From assembly GCA_012295275.1 (NCBI GenBank), contig CM022676.1:14384001-14448000 (forward strand): a stretch of 64,000 nt of DNA, read 5' to 3'. Source of the DNA: Chrysomallon squamiferum (Eukaryota > Animalia > Mollusca). Positions within the stretch are counted from its first letter, which is position 1; every line of letters starts with the position of its first letter. Shown here in pieces: positions 48,513-64,000 of the stretch. The notes beneath the pieces are model-generated. The model saw nothing but the letters and a program-made list of their open reading frames with translations. It did not search any database and had not been told where the DNA came from. A program made the position numbers and the translations under genes.

Positions 48513-49609
48513 TATATATGCGAAGTCATGCATTGCAACTCAGTACCATTTTTAGCTTTATCAAAACAAAATTCAAACTGTTCAGTATCTACCTCTGTGG
48601 AAATCGTCCCGCTGTTAGGAATATCAGTATAGGATTCAGATAATTCAATATGTCTTTGTGTTAACCGTACAGTTACTTGCAATTTTATCCTATGACTGAG
48701 CTACTTGCTGGTTGATAAGATCAGTACTTAGACTTAAAATTGTTAAAAAAAAAAAAAAAAATTCAACACTAAAACAAAACCCGACAGAAAAAACGACCTA
48801 CTTATAATATTAATCATATTCGGCTAACACTGGAATAACTGCCATATTAACACGCCTAAATTAGAGAACACAAAATGTATGCCACGAATTAATTAGGGAA
48901 CTATATATCTGTAGATCGCATACTACACCACCCAGGCAGCTTCGATGTTGACAGGCACTTTTTTTGAGCACGCTAGTGTGCTTTAAATATATTGTTCAAG
49001 AATTACCACTCTCCATCCCATTTTCATTTATCAATAAAATGTCTGACAAAACAAACGTTTTTCAAAGTCCACAATCTTTCTTCAATATAATAAATTAACT
49101 AGCACTGTAAATTCGATTATATTATCTCCTTCGTAACATTTAACATCATCTGAAAAATGAAAATACAAGTAATTCAACTTTAATAAACTTTCAAATTTTG
49201 TCTGTCGATAGTGTACATTTCATCTCAGATTAATGTGTAATTGTCATTATTCGAGACTGATGCTATTTAAATTACTTTATATTAAGCTGTACAACTAACA
49301 TGTTACCTCACTGTTCTGAAAATAGTAAAATATAAACGCCTTTGCACACACACACCCCCGTCACAAGTCTAACATGATTTACACTTACTTATAAAATGTG
49401 TCTAACTTCACTGATTGTGTACGAATGAGATAAAACTAGAGTTACAGTACATGGACGATTGTAAAAATATTTTAATTAAGAAAACAATAAATACGTGCAA
49501 CACACAAACACTATTTGTAACTTTACTTGCACTATATTTTATAAGACGGATAATTAAAAAATCCTTTAGTGACGAGGTTTTAATAAACTATATCATTCGA
49601 AAATTTATT

Positions 49610-52600
49610 TAGAATTTGAGATTGGATTAGGGTTAGATTAGGGTTAGTGCTAGGGTTTTTTAAATTGTATTACGAAGGTTATCATAATGTACAAAATAAT
49701 TTGAAGGTCACGATTGGAAGCAGCGTTCGGACAAAAATTAACCTTTGAATTATTCGTAGATTTAGGTTTAGAATTTGAGATTGGATTAGGGTTAGGCTTA
49801 GGGATAGGGTTAGGGTTAGAGCTAGGGATATTTAAAGTGTATTACGAAGGTTATCATAATGTACAAAATAATTTGAGGGTCACGATTCGAAGTAGCGTTA
49901 GGATACGAATTAACATTGGAAATTTGAGTAGGATTTCGTTTAGAATTTGAGATTGCATTAGAGTTAGTGATAGAGTTAGGGTTTGGGTTAGGGCTAGTGT
50001 TATTAAAATTGTATTACGAAGATAATCATAATCTCCAAAACAATTTGAGGGTCACGCTACGAAGTAGAGTTAGGATAAGAATTAACCTTGAAAACTAAAG
50101 AAGGATTAAGTTTATAATTTGAGACTGGTTAGCGTTAGGGTTAGGGATCGGGTTAGAGCTAGGGATATCTAAATGAAGATTATCATAATGTCCAAAGCAA
50201 TTTGAGGGTCACGATTCGAAGCAGAGTTAGGATAAGAATTAGAATTGGAAACTTAAGTAAGATTAGGTTTAGAATTTGAGATTGGATTAGGGTTAGGGTT
50301 AGAGCTAGGGATATTTAAATTCTATTACGAAGGTTACCATAATGTACAAAATAATTTGAGGTTCACGATTGGAAGTATCGTTAAGACAAAAATTAACCTT
50401 GAAATTATTCGTAGGATTAAGTTTAGAATTTGAGATAGAATTAGTGTTAGGGTTAGGGTTAGGATTTCGGATAAGGTTTGTGTTAGTGTTAGAGTTAGGA
50501 TTTTTGAATTGTTCTAATAATGGGCAAAATAATTTCAGGATCACGATTTGAAATTACGTTAGGATAATAATTAAACTTGAAAACTTGCACAGGATAAGGT
50601 TATGAATTTGAGATTCGATTAGAGTTAGAGTTAGGGTTAGTGTTAATGTTAGAGCTAGGGTTATTAAAATTGCATTAGGAAGGTTATCATAATATCCAAA
50701 ACAATTTGAGGGTCACACTTCGAAGTAGCGTTAGTAAAAGAATTAACTTTGGAAACTTAAGTAAGATTAGGTTTAGAATTTGAGACTGGATTAGGGTTAA
50801 GATTAGGATTAAGGTTATGGTTATAACTAGTGTTATTTAAATTGTATAAGATCGGTTATCATAATGTCCAAAATAATTTGAGGGTCATGATTGGAAGTAG
50901 CATTAGGATAAGAAGTAACGATGGAAACTTTCGTAGGATTAGGTTTAGAATTTGATATTGCATCAGGGTTAGGGTTAGGGTTAGAGCTAGCGATTTTTAA
51001 ATTGTATTAGGAATGTCATCATAATGTACAAAATAATTTGAGGATAACCATTGGAAGTAGCGTTAGGATAAAAATTAACCTTTGAGTTACTAGTAGGATT
51101 AGGTTTAGAATTTGTGATTGGATTATCGTTAGGCTTAGGGTTAAGGTTAGGGTTATAGTTAGGGTTATTTAAATTGTATTACGAAGGTTATCATGATGTC
51201 CAAAATAAATTGAGGGTCACGATTCGAAGTAGTGTTAGGATAAGAATTAAGTTTAAGAAAACTTAAGTAGGTTTAAGATTAGAATTTGAGATTGGATTAG
51301 CATCAGGATAAGGGTTAGCCTAAGACCTACGCTATTTTCAAATGTATTAGAACGATTATCATAATGTCCAAAATAACTTGAGGGTCATGATTGGAAGTAG
51401 CGTTAACATAAGAATCAACATTGGAAATTTGACTAGGATTAGGTTTAGAATTTGAGATTGGATTAGGATTAGGGTTAGGGTTAGAGCCAGGGATATATAA
51501 GTTGTATTACGAAGGTTATCATAATGTACAAAATAATTTGAGGGGATTAGAAGTGTTAGGACAAAAAATACATTCGAATTAGTAGGATTAGGTTTAGAAT
51601 ATGTTGGGTTAGAGTTAGGGTTAGGGCTTAAATTGTTATTTAAACTGTGAAGATTATAATGATGTGCAAAAATAATTTCTGTGTCACAATTTGAAGTAGC
51701 GTTAGGATATGAATTAAACATGGAAACTTGCATAGGAGAAGGTTAGAATTTGAGAGGTTTTCAGGGTTAGAGCTAGATTTATGGGTTAGGGGTTAGGCTT
51801 ACGGTTAGGGTTAGGGTTAGGGTTAGATTTAGGGTTATATAAATTGGATTATGAAGGTTTCATAATTTACAAAATAGTTTGAGGCTCTCGACTGGAAGTT
51901 GCGTTAGGACAAAAACTAAGCTTGGAATAATTCGTCGGATTAGCTTTAGAATTTGTGATTCCATTAGGGTTAGTATTAGGGTTAGGCTTAGAGCTAGGGT
52001 TAGGGTTAGGGTTAGAAATAGTGTTATAAAATAGTTAGTAGGAAGGTAATCATAATGTCTAAAATAATTTGAGGATCATGATTGGAAGTAGCGTTTAGAC
52101 CAGAATTAACCTTGGAAACTTGCGTAGGATTAAGGTTAAAATTTGAAATTGGATAAGGGTTAATGTTACCATTAGGGTTAGGGTTACCGTTAAAGCTAGG
52201 GTTAGGGTTAGGGTTAGAGCTAGTGTTATGAAAAGAGTTATTAGGAAGGAAATCATAATGTCTGAAAGAATTTGAGGTTCACGATTGGAAGTAGCGTTCA
52301 GACCAAAATTAATATTGGAATCTTGCGTAGGATCAAGCTTAGAATTTGAAATTGGATTAGGGTTAGGGTTAGAGCTAGGGTTATATAAATTGGATTACGA
52401 TTTGAGGCTCTCGATTTGAAGTAGCATTAGGACAAAAATTAACGTTGGAATAATTCGTCGGATAAGGTTTAGAATTTGTGATTTCATCAGTTTTAGGATT
52501 AGGGTTAGGGTTAGGGTTAGAGCTAGTGTTATAAAATAGTTATTACGAAGGTAATCATAATGTGTAAAAGAATTTGAGGGTCACGATTGGAAGTAGAGAT

Positions 52601-55600
52601 CAGACCAGAATTAACCTTGTAAACTTGCGCAGGATTATGTTTAGAATTTGACATTGGATTAGGGTTAGGGTTAGGGTTAGGGTTAGGGTCAGGGTTAGAG
52701 CTAGGGTTATATAAATTCGATTATGAATGTTTCATAATGTACGAAAGTGTTTGAGTCTCTCGATTGGAAGCAGCTTTAGGACAAAAAAGAACATTGGAAT
52801 AATTCGTCGGATTAGGTTTAGAATTTTCGATTCGATTAGGGTTAGGGTTAGGGTTAGAGCTAGTTAATATGCTATTAGGAAAGTAATCATAATGTCTGAA
52901 AGTATTTGAGGGTCACGACTGGAATTAGCGTTCAGACCAGAATTAACCTTGGAAACATGCGTAGGAATAAGTTTAGAATTTGAAATTGGATTAGGGTTAG
53001 GGTTAGGGTTAGAGTTAGGGTTATTTAAATTGTATTTCGAAGGTTATAAAAATGTGCAAAGTAATTTCGGTGTCACGATTTGAAGTAGCGTTAGGATATG
53101 AATTAAATATGGAAACTTGCATAGGAGCAGGTCAGAATTTGAGATTCAATTAGTGTTAGAGTTAAGATTAGGGTTAGGGTTAGGGTTAGATCTATCATTA
53201 TATAAATTGGATTACGAAGGTTTCATAATGAAAAAATCGTTTGAGGCTCTCGATTGGAAGTAGCATTACGACAAAAACTAACCTTGGAATAATTCGTCGG
53301 ATTAGGTTTAGTATTTGTGATTCCATTAGGGTTAGGGTTAGGGTTAGGGTTAGGGTTAGAACTAGTGTTATAAAAGAGTTATTACGAAGGTAATCATAAT
53401 GTGAAAAAGAATTTGAGGGTCACGATTGGAAGTAGCGTTCAGACCAGAATTAATCTTCGAAACTTGCATTAAGTTTAGAATTTGAAATTGGATTAGGCTT
53501 AATGTTACGATTAGGGTTAGGTTTAGCGTTAGAGCTAGGGTTAGAGTTAGGGTTAGAGCTAGTGTTATAAAAGAGTTATTAGGAAGGGAATCATAATGTC
53601 TAAAAGAATTTGAGGTTCACGATTGGAATTAGCGTTCAGACCAGAATTATTCTTGGAATCTTGCGTATGATTAAGTCTAGAATTTGAAATTGGATTAGGG
53701 TTAGGGTTAGGGTTAGGGTTATAGGTAGGGTTATATAAATTGGATTACGGAGGTTTCATAATGTATAAAACAGTTTGAAGCTCTCCATTGGAAGTAGCGT
53801 TAGGACAAAAACGAACCTTGGGATAATTCGTCGGATTAGTTTTATAATTTGCGATTCCGTTTGGGTTAGGGTTACTGTTAGACTTAGAGCTACGGTTATT
53901 AAAATGTTATTAGGAATGTAATCATTATGTCTAAAAGAATTTGAGGTTCATGATTGGAACTAGCGTTCAGACCAGAATTAACCTTGGAAACTTGCACAGG
54001 ATTAAGTTTAGAATTTGAAATTGGATTAGGGTTTAATCAATTTTAATCAAGCTTTCATGATGTACTAAATAATTTGATGGTTACTGTTGGAAGTAGGGTT
54101 AGTACAAAAGCTAATCTTGGAATTATTGGTCGGATTAGGTTTAGAGATTGCGATTCGATTAGGGTTAGGGTTAGGGTTAGGGTTAGGGTTAGGGTTAGGG
54201 TTAGAGCTAGGGTTAATAAAATGTTATTACGAAGGTTATAATAATGTGCAAAATAATTTGAGGGTGATGATTGTAAGAAGCGTTATGACAACAATTAAGC
54301 TTGGAAACTTGCGTAGGATTAAGGTTGGAATATGAAATTGGATTAGGATTACTGTTAGTGTTAGGGTTAGGGTTACAGCTAGGATTATTTAAATTGGATT
54401 ACGAAGGATATCATAATGCACACAATAATTTGAGGGTCACGATTGGAAGCAGCATTAGGATAAGAATTAATCTTCGAATTATTGGTAGGATTACGTTTAG
54501 AATTTGAGATTGGATTACGGTTAGGGTTTAGTGTTAGATTTAGGGTTAGTGCTAGGATTATTTAAATAGTAGTTCGAAGATTATCATAATGCACAAAATA
54601 ATTTATTGGTCACTATTGGAAGTAGCGCTACGTCAAAAATTAACCTTGGAATTATTCATAGGATTAGGTTTAGAATTTGAGATTGGATTAGGGTTATGGT
54701 TAGGGTTAGGGTTTGGGTTAGGCTTTACTTTAGCATTAGGCTTAGAGCTTGTGTTATTTATATTCTATTATATAGGTTATCAGAATGTAGAAAATAATTT
54801 GAGGGTGACTGTTTGAACTTGTGTTAGAATAAGAATTAAATATGGAAACTTCGATAGGATGAGGATTAGAATTTGATATTGGATTAGGGTTATAGTTAAG
54901 GTTAGAGCTAGGGTTATTTAATTTATATTACGTAGGTTATCATAATGTACAAAGTAATTTGAGGGTCGTGATTGGAAGAACCGTTAGGACAGAAATTATC
55001 CATGGAATTATTCGCACAATTAGAGATTGGCTTAGGGTTAGGGTTTGGGTTAGGGTTAGCTTAGCGGTAGGGATTTTTAATTTGTATTACTAAGGTTATC
55101 ATAAATTACGAAATAATTTCAGGGTCAGGATTTGAAGTAGCTTGAGGATAAGAATAAAAGTTGGAAACTTGCATAGCATTAGGTTTATAATTTGGATTAG
55201 GGTTTGGGTTAAGGTTAGGGTTGAGGTAGAGTTATTAAAATGGTATTAGGAAAGTTATCGTAATGTCTAAAACAATTTGAGGGTCGTGATTGGAAGTAAC
55301 ATTAGAGTAAGAAGTAATGCTGGACACTTGCGTAGGATTTGGTTTAGAATTTGGGATTGGATTAGGTTTACGTTTAGTGTAAGGGTTAGAGCTAGGGTTT
55401 TTTAGATTGTGTTACGAATGTTGTAATAATGTGCAAAATAATTTCAGGATCACGATTTGAGTTGTGTTTGGATAAGAATTAAAGTTGGAAGCTTGCACAG
55501 GATTAGGTTTAGAATTTGAGATTGGATTAGGGATCTGGTTAGGGTTAGGGTTATGGTTAGGGTTAGTGTTAGAATTAGGGTTAGAGCTATGGTTATTTAA

Positions 55601-55820
55601 ATTGTATTAGGAAGCTTATAATAACGTGTTAATAATTTCAGGGTCACGATTTGAAGTAGCGTTAGGATAAGAATTAAACTTGGATTCTTGCTTTGGATCA
55701 TATTTAGAACTTGATATTGGATTAGGGTTAGGGCTAGGTTTATAGCTAGATTTATTTAAATTGTATTAGTATGGTTATAATTATGTACAAAATAATCTGT
55801 TGGTCCGAGTGGAAGTAGCC
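49610..55820 (+). repeat. Satellite array, about 37 units of about 150-200 bp, each containing a variable (TTAGGG)n tract
   Basis: Recurring AGAATTTGAGATTGGA(TTAGGG)nTTAGAGCTAGGG...GAAGGTTATCATAATG...ATTTGAGGGTCACGATTGGAAGTAGCGTTAGGA...; units counted by eye. Confidence 0.95.
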
Positions 55821-56028
55821 TTATTGAAATTATTTATCTTCTCCCAAATTCAAATTATTTCTATTCTTGTGCGAAGACTCTGTAAGAAGAATGCATGTGT
55901 GTTTGTCTTAAAACATTTTTAAGCAGTGATTTTACTAAATATAACTGCATTTTGTTTTTCTTTGTTTGTCAGATTGCCTACATTATGCATTGGTTTTCAT
56001 AACTTGTAACAAAATGGTAATTAATTAC

Positions 56029-56068
<40 letters not shown>

Positions 56069-56120
56069 TGATAATAATAGTAATAATAACAATAACAACA
56101 ACAACAACAACAACAACAAC

Positions 56121-56160
<40 letters not shown>

Positions 56161-57556
56161 GAAATAGAATAACAATAACAGCAACAACAAAGATGATAGT
56201 AACTCTAGTCCAAATGTTTTTGTTTTTGTGTTGTTGTTTCTTTTTTACCTGCTGGATTTCTATTCTACTGAATAAAAACATAAAAAATAAAAATCTAGTA
56301 TTATAACTACCATATCAATCAAAAATTTGAATTTATAAAATATATACTGACTTCTAGATGTCTAATTACTCATGTGAAAAATCTGAGCGTTGTTACGTCG
56401 ATTATCAAATTATCCTTACAAAAAAAAAAAAAAAAAAAAAAAATTTCGTTAGAAACGTTTCTTCTCGGGGACTGACGACCACCGTTAAGCATATCAATAA
56501 CCGTTACTGAGACGCTTATGAATTACGATGAATGGGTTTTCTTTGTTTCTTCAACCGAAACACCTGATAGTTAAACTGATGTGAATAGAACACATAACAC
56601 AGCGGTCCTATCCCGGTGAAGTGACTTGTATGATATTTGAGTTAAGTCACGTTTTTAATGAGCAGACGATTGCTAACAATAACGCGCTAAACCTAATTTG
56701 TCAAACAGAAAATTGACGGTTCCAAGAAGACCACTCACAGAAAAGGACGTATGATTTTTTTCGGTCATTTAGAATTTTGAAGGTATTTGATATTTTGTTA
56801 AGATTTAAAGTATTTTTAAACTGCTAGTTAGTTTAAACAAATCGGCCATGATTGTTATAAATTGTTATGTGAAATTTGTTAAATAAGTTGGTACAAGGTA
56901 AACCATAATTTCAGTGTCCATCTGTTCATAGAAATATTATTGTTTACGTTTCTGTATATAGTAGTAGTAGTAGTAATCATAGTTATAATTAGTATTACTG
57001 TTGTTGTTGTTATTATTATTATAATCATTATTATTATTATAATGACGTAAAATCACTTATAATTGCGTACACTGCGATTTGAAAATCTTTTCTCCTACAG
57101 TGAAATGTTATTTACCTGACTGTGACCACACGATTTATAACAATAATGATAATAATAATTATTGTTGCTGTGTTTATCATCATAATAATGATTAGTATAA
57201 GCATCATGTACATCTTTTTATCGATTTGAATTGTACTTATGTATCGATTTGTTTTCCTTTCCTTATCTTTTATTCATTTATTTATTTATCTATTTATTTA
57301 TTTATTATTTATTTATGTACTTGACCTAAATGTTTAGCAGTGCAAGTGTTAAACAGAATGTAGTCGCTTGTTAGAAATATTAATAGTTTGATTATTTTAT
57401 TGATGTAAAACTGTATATTTGGTTTTTGTAGTATGTCCATGTACAGGTCATAGCTCCATATATAAGGATAACTAACTGATTAGTACAGTGTGAGGTGCTC
57501 GATGAGAACAGTGACATGTACGAGGAAAAAAATTAAAATACATATAGTATCAGGCA

Positions 57557-57589
<33 letters not shown>

Positions 57590-57639
57590 TTACTTTTGTT
57601 CTCATTTTTGTTTTATTGTTGTTTTTTTTAGCTGTACGA

Positions 57640-58656
57640 ATGTCGTCGTTGTTGCCACAGAATGCAATCGTCTTGCTCGAACAAGCTCACCTGTTTGACG
57701 AACGTGATCTAAGGAAAAAAGCTCTGCTCTACATTTTGAAAAATGGCGACGAAGTTTTGAAGTCGGATGAAGTCACCGATCTTTGTCACGAATGTCTGGT
57801 TGAGATCGTACGATCAGACGAACTGACAGCAGACGAGAAAAATGTTTTTGAAGCCGCTGTAAAGTGGGCTGACAGCGCGTGCTGGAAACATGGAAAGCAG
57901 GCGAATGGAAGAAACAGACGTCGAGCACTGGGAGAGGTCGTGTTCCACGTGCGTTATCCATTACTCGATCAGACGTATTTTGAAACATACGTAATACAAA
58001 CAAATATACTCACTGAGAGAGAAATATTAAAAATTACAAAACATTTTCTTTGTCCAAATGAAGATGTTTCACCTTTTAACTCAAATATGAGAACTAAAAC
58101 AAAAGCATGGATTTTGAGACACTCGATGTCGAGTCATGAAGATGTTTCACCTTTTAATTCAGACCAGAGAACTGCAGAGATTCATAAAACACAGATTACA
58201 ATAAACAGATTTGATGTAAAATGGTTTGGTTACTTGCCATGTTCTGTAAAAGACGACGCCATTACTTTCTGTGTCAATAAAAACGCTTTACTTCGCGGAT
58301 TTCTGTTGTACGGTGACCGTGTACCACAAAACTACGACGTCAGCGTCTTCGTCACTAACACAAGATCAGACGAAATACTAGACGGGTCTGCACTGTCCCA
58401 GAGATATGAAAACGTGTCTGACGTGTATGACGTCGTGTTCAGACGTCCAGTGAAGATTACTAAATACATTGTGTACAGCTTGTTTGTTAATGTTAAGGGA
58501 AAAAACACCTGGTGTGGACGTGAAGGTAAATCAGAAATTGTTGTAGACTCTTTTGTTTGTAGATTTTATCAGTCAAAGAAATCTAAACACAGTGACAGAC
58601 AAGTTCGTAATTATGTGACACACGGACAAATTCCTGCTTTGTTATTTTTAGTTTAA
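57640..58656 (+). CDS. Intact BACK-PHR protein lacking the BTB domain (BTBD1/2/3/6-family derivative), 338 aa
   Basis: Acceptor TTTTTTTAG at 57631, ATG 57640, uninterrupted ORF: LLEQAHLFDERDL...DEL..DEKNVFEAAVKWA...HVRYPLL...INRF...DAITFCVNK...LRGFLLYG...HGQIPALLF*. Confidence 0.8.
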   Translation: MSSLLPQNAIVLLEQAHLFDERDLRKKALLYILKNGDEVLKSDEVTDLCHECLVEIVRSDELTADEKNVFEAAVKWADSACWKHGKQANGRNRRRALGEVVFHVRYPLLDQTYFETYVIQTNILTEREILKITKHFLCPNEDVSPFNSNMRTKTKAWILRHSMSSHEDVSPFNSDQRTAEIHKTQITINRFDVKWFGYLPCSVKDDAITFCVNKNALLRGFLLYGDRVPQNYDVSVFVTNTRSDEILDGSALSQRYENVSDVYDVVFRRPVKITKYIVYSLFVNVKGKNTWCGREGKSEIVVDSFVCRFYQSKKSKHSDRQVRNYVTHGQIPALLFLV

Positions 58657-59018
58657 AAGACAACATCGTTCAAATATTTAACTTTTGGTCATCGCTCTGG
58701 TGATGTTTTATTTTTTTTATTTTTATTAATTTTCTGTTGATTGATTTATTTATTTATTTATTTACGTTTTGTATTTTTGATGACGTCAGACAGCAGTGAT
58801 GACGTCATACACAGTTCATTTGATTTTTAACGTTGTGATGGATTGATTTCTGTCAAACAGAAAGGTGTATAATGTACATAAATAGCTCTTTGCTTTATTT
58901 ATTTATTCAATATAGATTGTTTATTTGTTTATTTAATGTATTTTTAAACTGACATATAATAAAATAAATATGTTAATACCTAAATGTGTTAATTCTATAT
59001 AAGAAAATTGCTTTTTAC

Positions 59019-59050
<32 letters not shown>

Positions 59051-59902
59051 TGTTATTTGTTCATGGATGTATCCTATTGTTAAAGATATGCAAATATGTA
59101 GTATTTATTAGACAACAAGTGGTATTTTATTTTATTTTAAATATCAGTATAAATTTTATATCGTTGAGTATTCACTTAACCAGGAGAAAGAAAAAACAAA
59201 CATGTTCTTTATTTTTTAAGATACCAATAAATTGTAATACATTTTTTTCCGTCTTTGCGTTTGTATTTTTTCTTTCTCTAAATTAATTCCCATGGAATAC
59301 AAAGTATCTATAAATGCCTAAATAAGATTAGTCTATAAAGAAAATATAAATTAAGCGTTTAGATTCTGTACCAAATCAAATTAAATACTGTTACTTTTTT
59401 TCGTTTTAAAACTAATATGAAGATATAATTTCTGTTTACTGTTTGTTAGACATGACCGTAAGAACTGCTATTTGATTCATTTGTCTAAGTTCTTTTATTT
59501 AGATTTATGTAAAATAAATATACAGTAGATTATATTATGTACAATATTCATTAGACATAACATTAGTAGTTCTCAGTTTGTTTATACATAAAACTAGAAA
59601 TAAACAAAATACAGATAAATAATTTGTACTTAATTTGTTAAAAACTGACACAGACAAAATATAGAGATATAGAAATAAATGTTTTAATTGTATTTTGTTT
59701 GGTTCATGTCATTTTTTTTTCTTTTCTTCTCTGTGTAGAAACAGTAAACAAAGATCAGTTGAAAGAATAACTGGTGTTGTGACAGAAATTCAAGAGAAAA
59801 CCTTTATTCTAAAAAAAATAAATAAAGAAAAATAAATAAAATAAACACTGGATGGATCAGCAAATAAGCAAACTCAGACATTAAACAGATTTTACAACTT
59901 TA

Positions 59903-59988
<86 letters not shown>

Positions 59989-60046
59989 AGTTCTCTTTTT
60001 TGTTAGTATTCCCCCCCCCCACATATTAACAGTTAGGTATGTTGTG

Positions 60047-60265
60047 GTGAACTAATGTTCTTATTACACACTGACAGGTCTGTGGTTCAATCCCTGTCAG
60101 TTTAATAAAGTTACTACACAAAGATGTGTTGTATGTAACAAGTGAACTAATGTTCTTATTACATACTGACAGGTCTGTGGTTCAATCCCTCTCAGTGTAA
60201 TAAATTTACTACACAAAGATGTGTTGTATGTAACAAGTGAACTAATGTTCTTATTACACACTGAC
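60047..60265 (+). repeat. 95-bp tandem repeat x2.3 with tRNA B-box-like hairpin (possible SINE head)
   Basis: Units at 60047, 60142, 60237; CTGACAGG-TCTGTGGTTCAATC-CCTGTCAG. Confidence 0.7.
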
Positions 60266-60279
60266 AAATCGGTGTTGAT

Positions 60280-64000
<3,721 letters not shown>

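Noticed and set aside
49714-54816. (GL)n-rich ORFs in the satellite
   Set aside because: Translations of TTAGGG tracts; frames not maintained between units.
49610-55820. True telomere or head-to-head chromosome fusion site
   Set aside because: Tracts are short, single-orientation, embedded in a complex unit and flanked by genes.
57490-57639. N-terminal 50 aa of the listed 388-aa ORF
   Set aside because: GTG start, (TAT)n microsatellite and pyrimidine tract indicate non-coding sequence; ATG 57640 preferred.
60060-60100. Functional tRNA gene
   Set aside because: Only a B-box-like hairpin; no full cloverleaf.

Overview
AT-rich, microsatellite-dense animal genomic DNA with GT-AG introns. A mollusc, probably a gastropod, is inferred from the Ig-domain style and transposon content but not proven. 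The window is a tandem cluster of immunoglobulin-superfamily membrane genes interleaved with BTB-BACK-PHR genes. (1) An intact 10-exon + strand receptor (3670-12805, 764 aa): signal peptide, 5 Ig domains, one TM helix and a tail with 7 tyrosine motifs including three YAVVxK repeats. (2) Two deleted relic copies of it (about 23.9-24.3 kb and 60.3-64 kb); the second has a strongly diverged first Ig domain and patchy identity. (3) A - strand 2-Ig gene (ATG 41249) followed by a single-TM terminal exon and, further downstream, phase-compatible Ser/Thr microexons plus three hydrophobic exons, suggesting a possible Ig + multipass isoform. (4) A - strand 2-Ig pseudogene fragment. (5) Two frameshifted BTB-BACK-PHR pseudogene copies and one intact BACK-PHR ORF lacking BTB. 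Also present: nested MULE-in-hAT relics, Tc1/mariner (maT-like) relics, several minisatellites and a 6.2-kb satellite containing TTAGGG runs. Exon boundaries were read by eye; identity figures are visual estimates.
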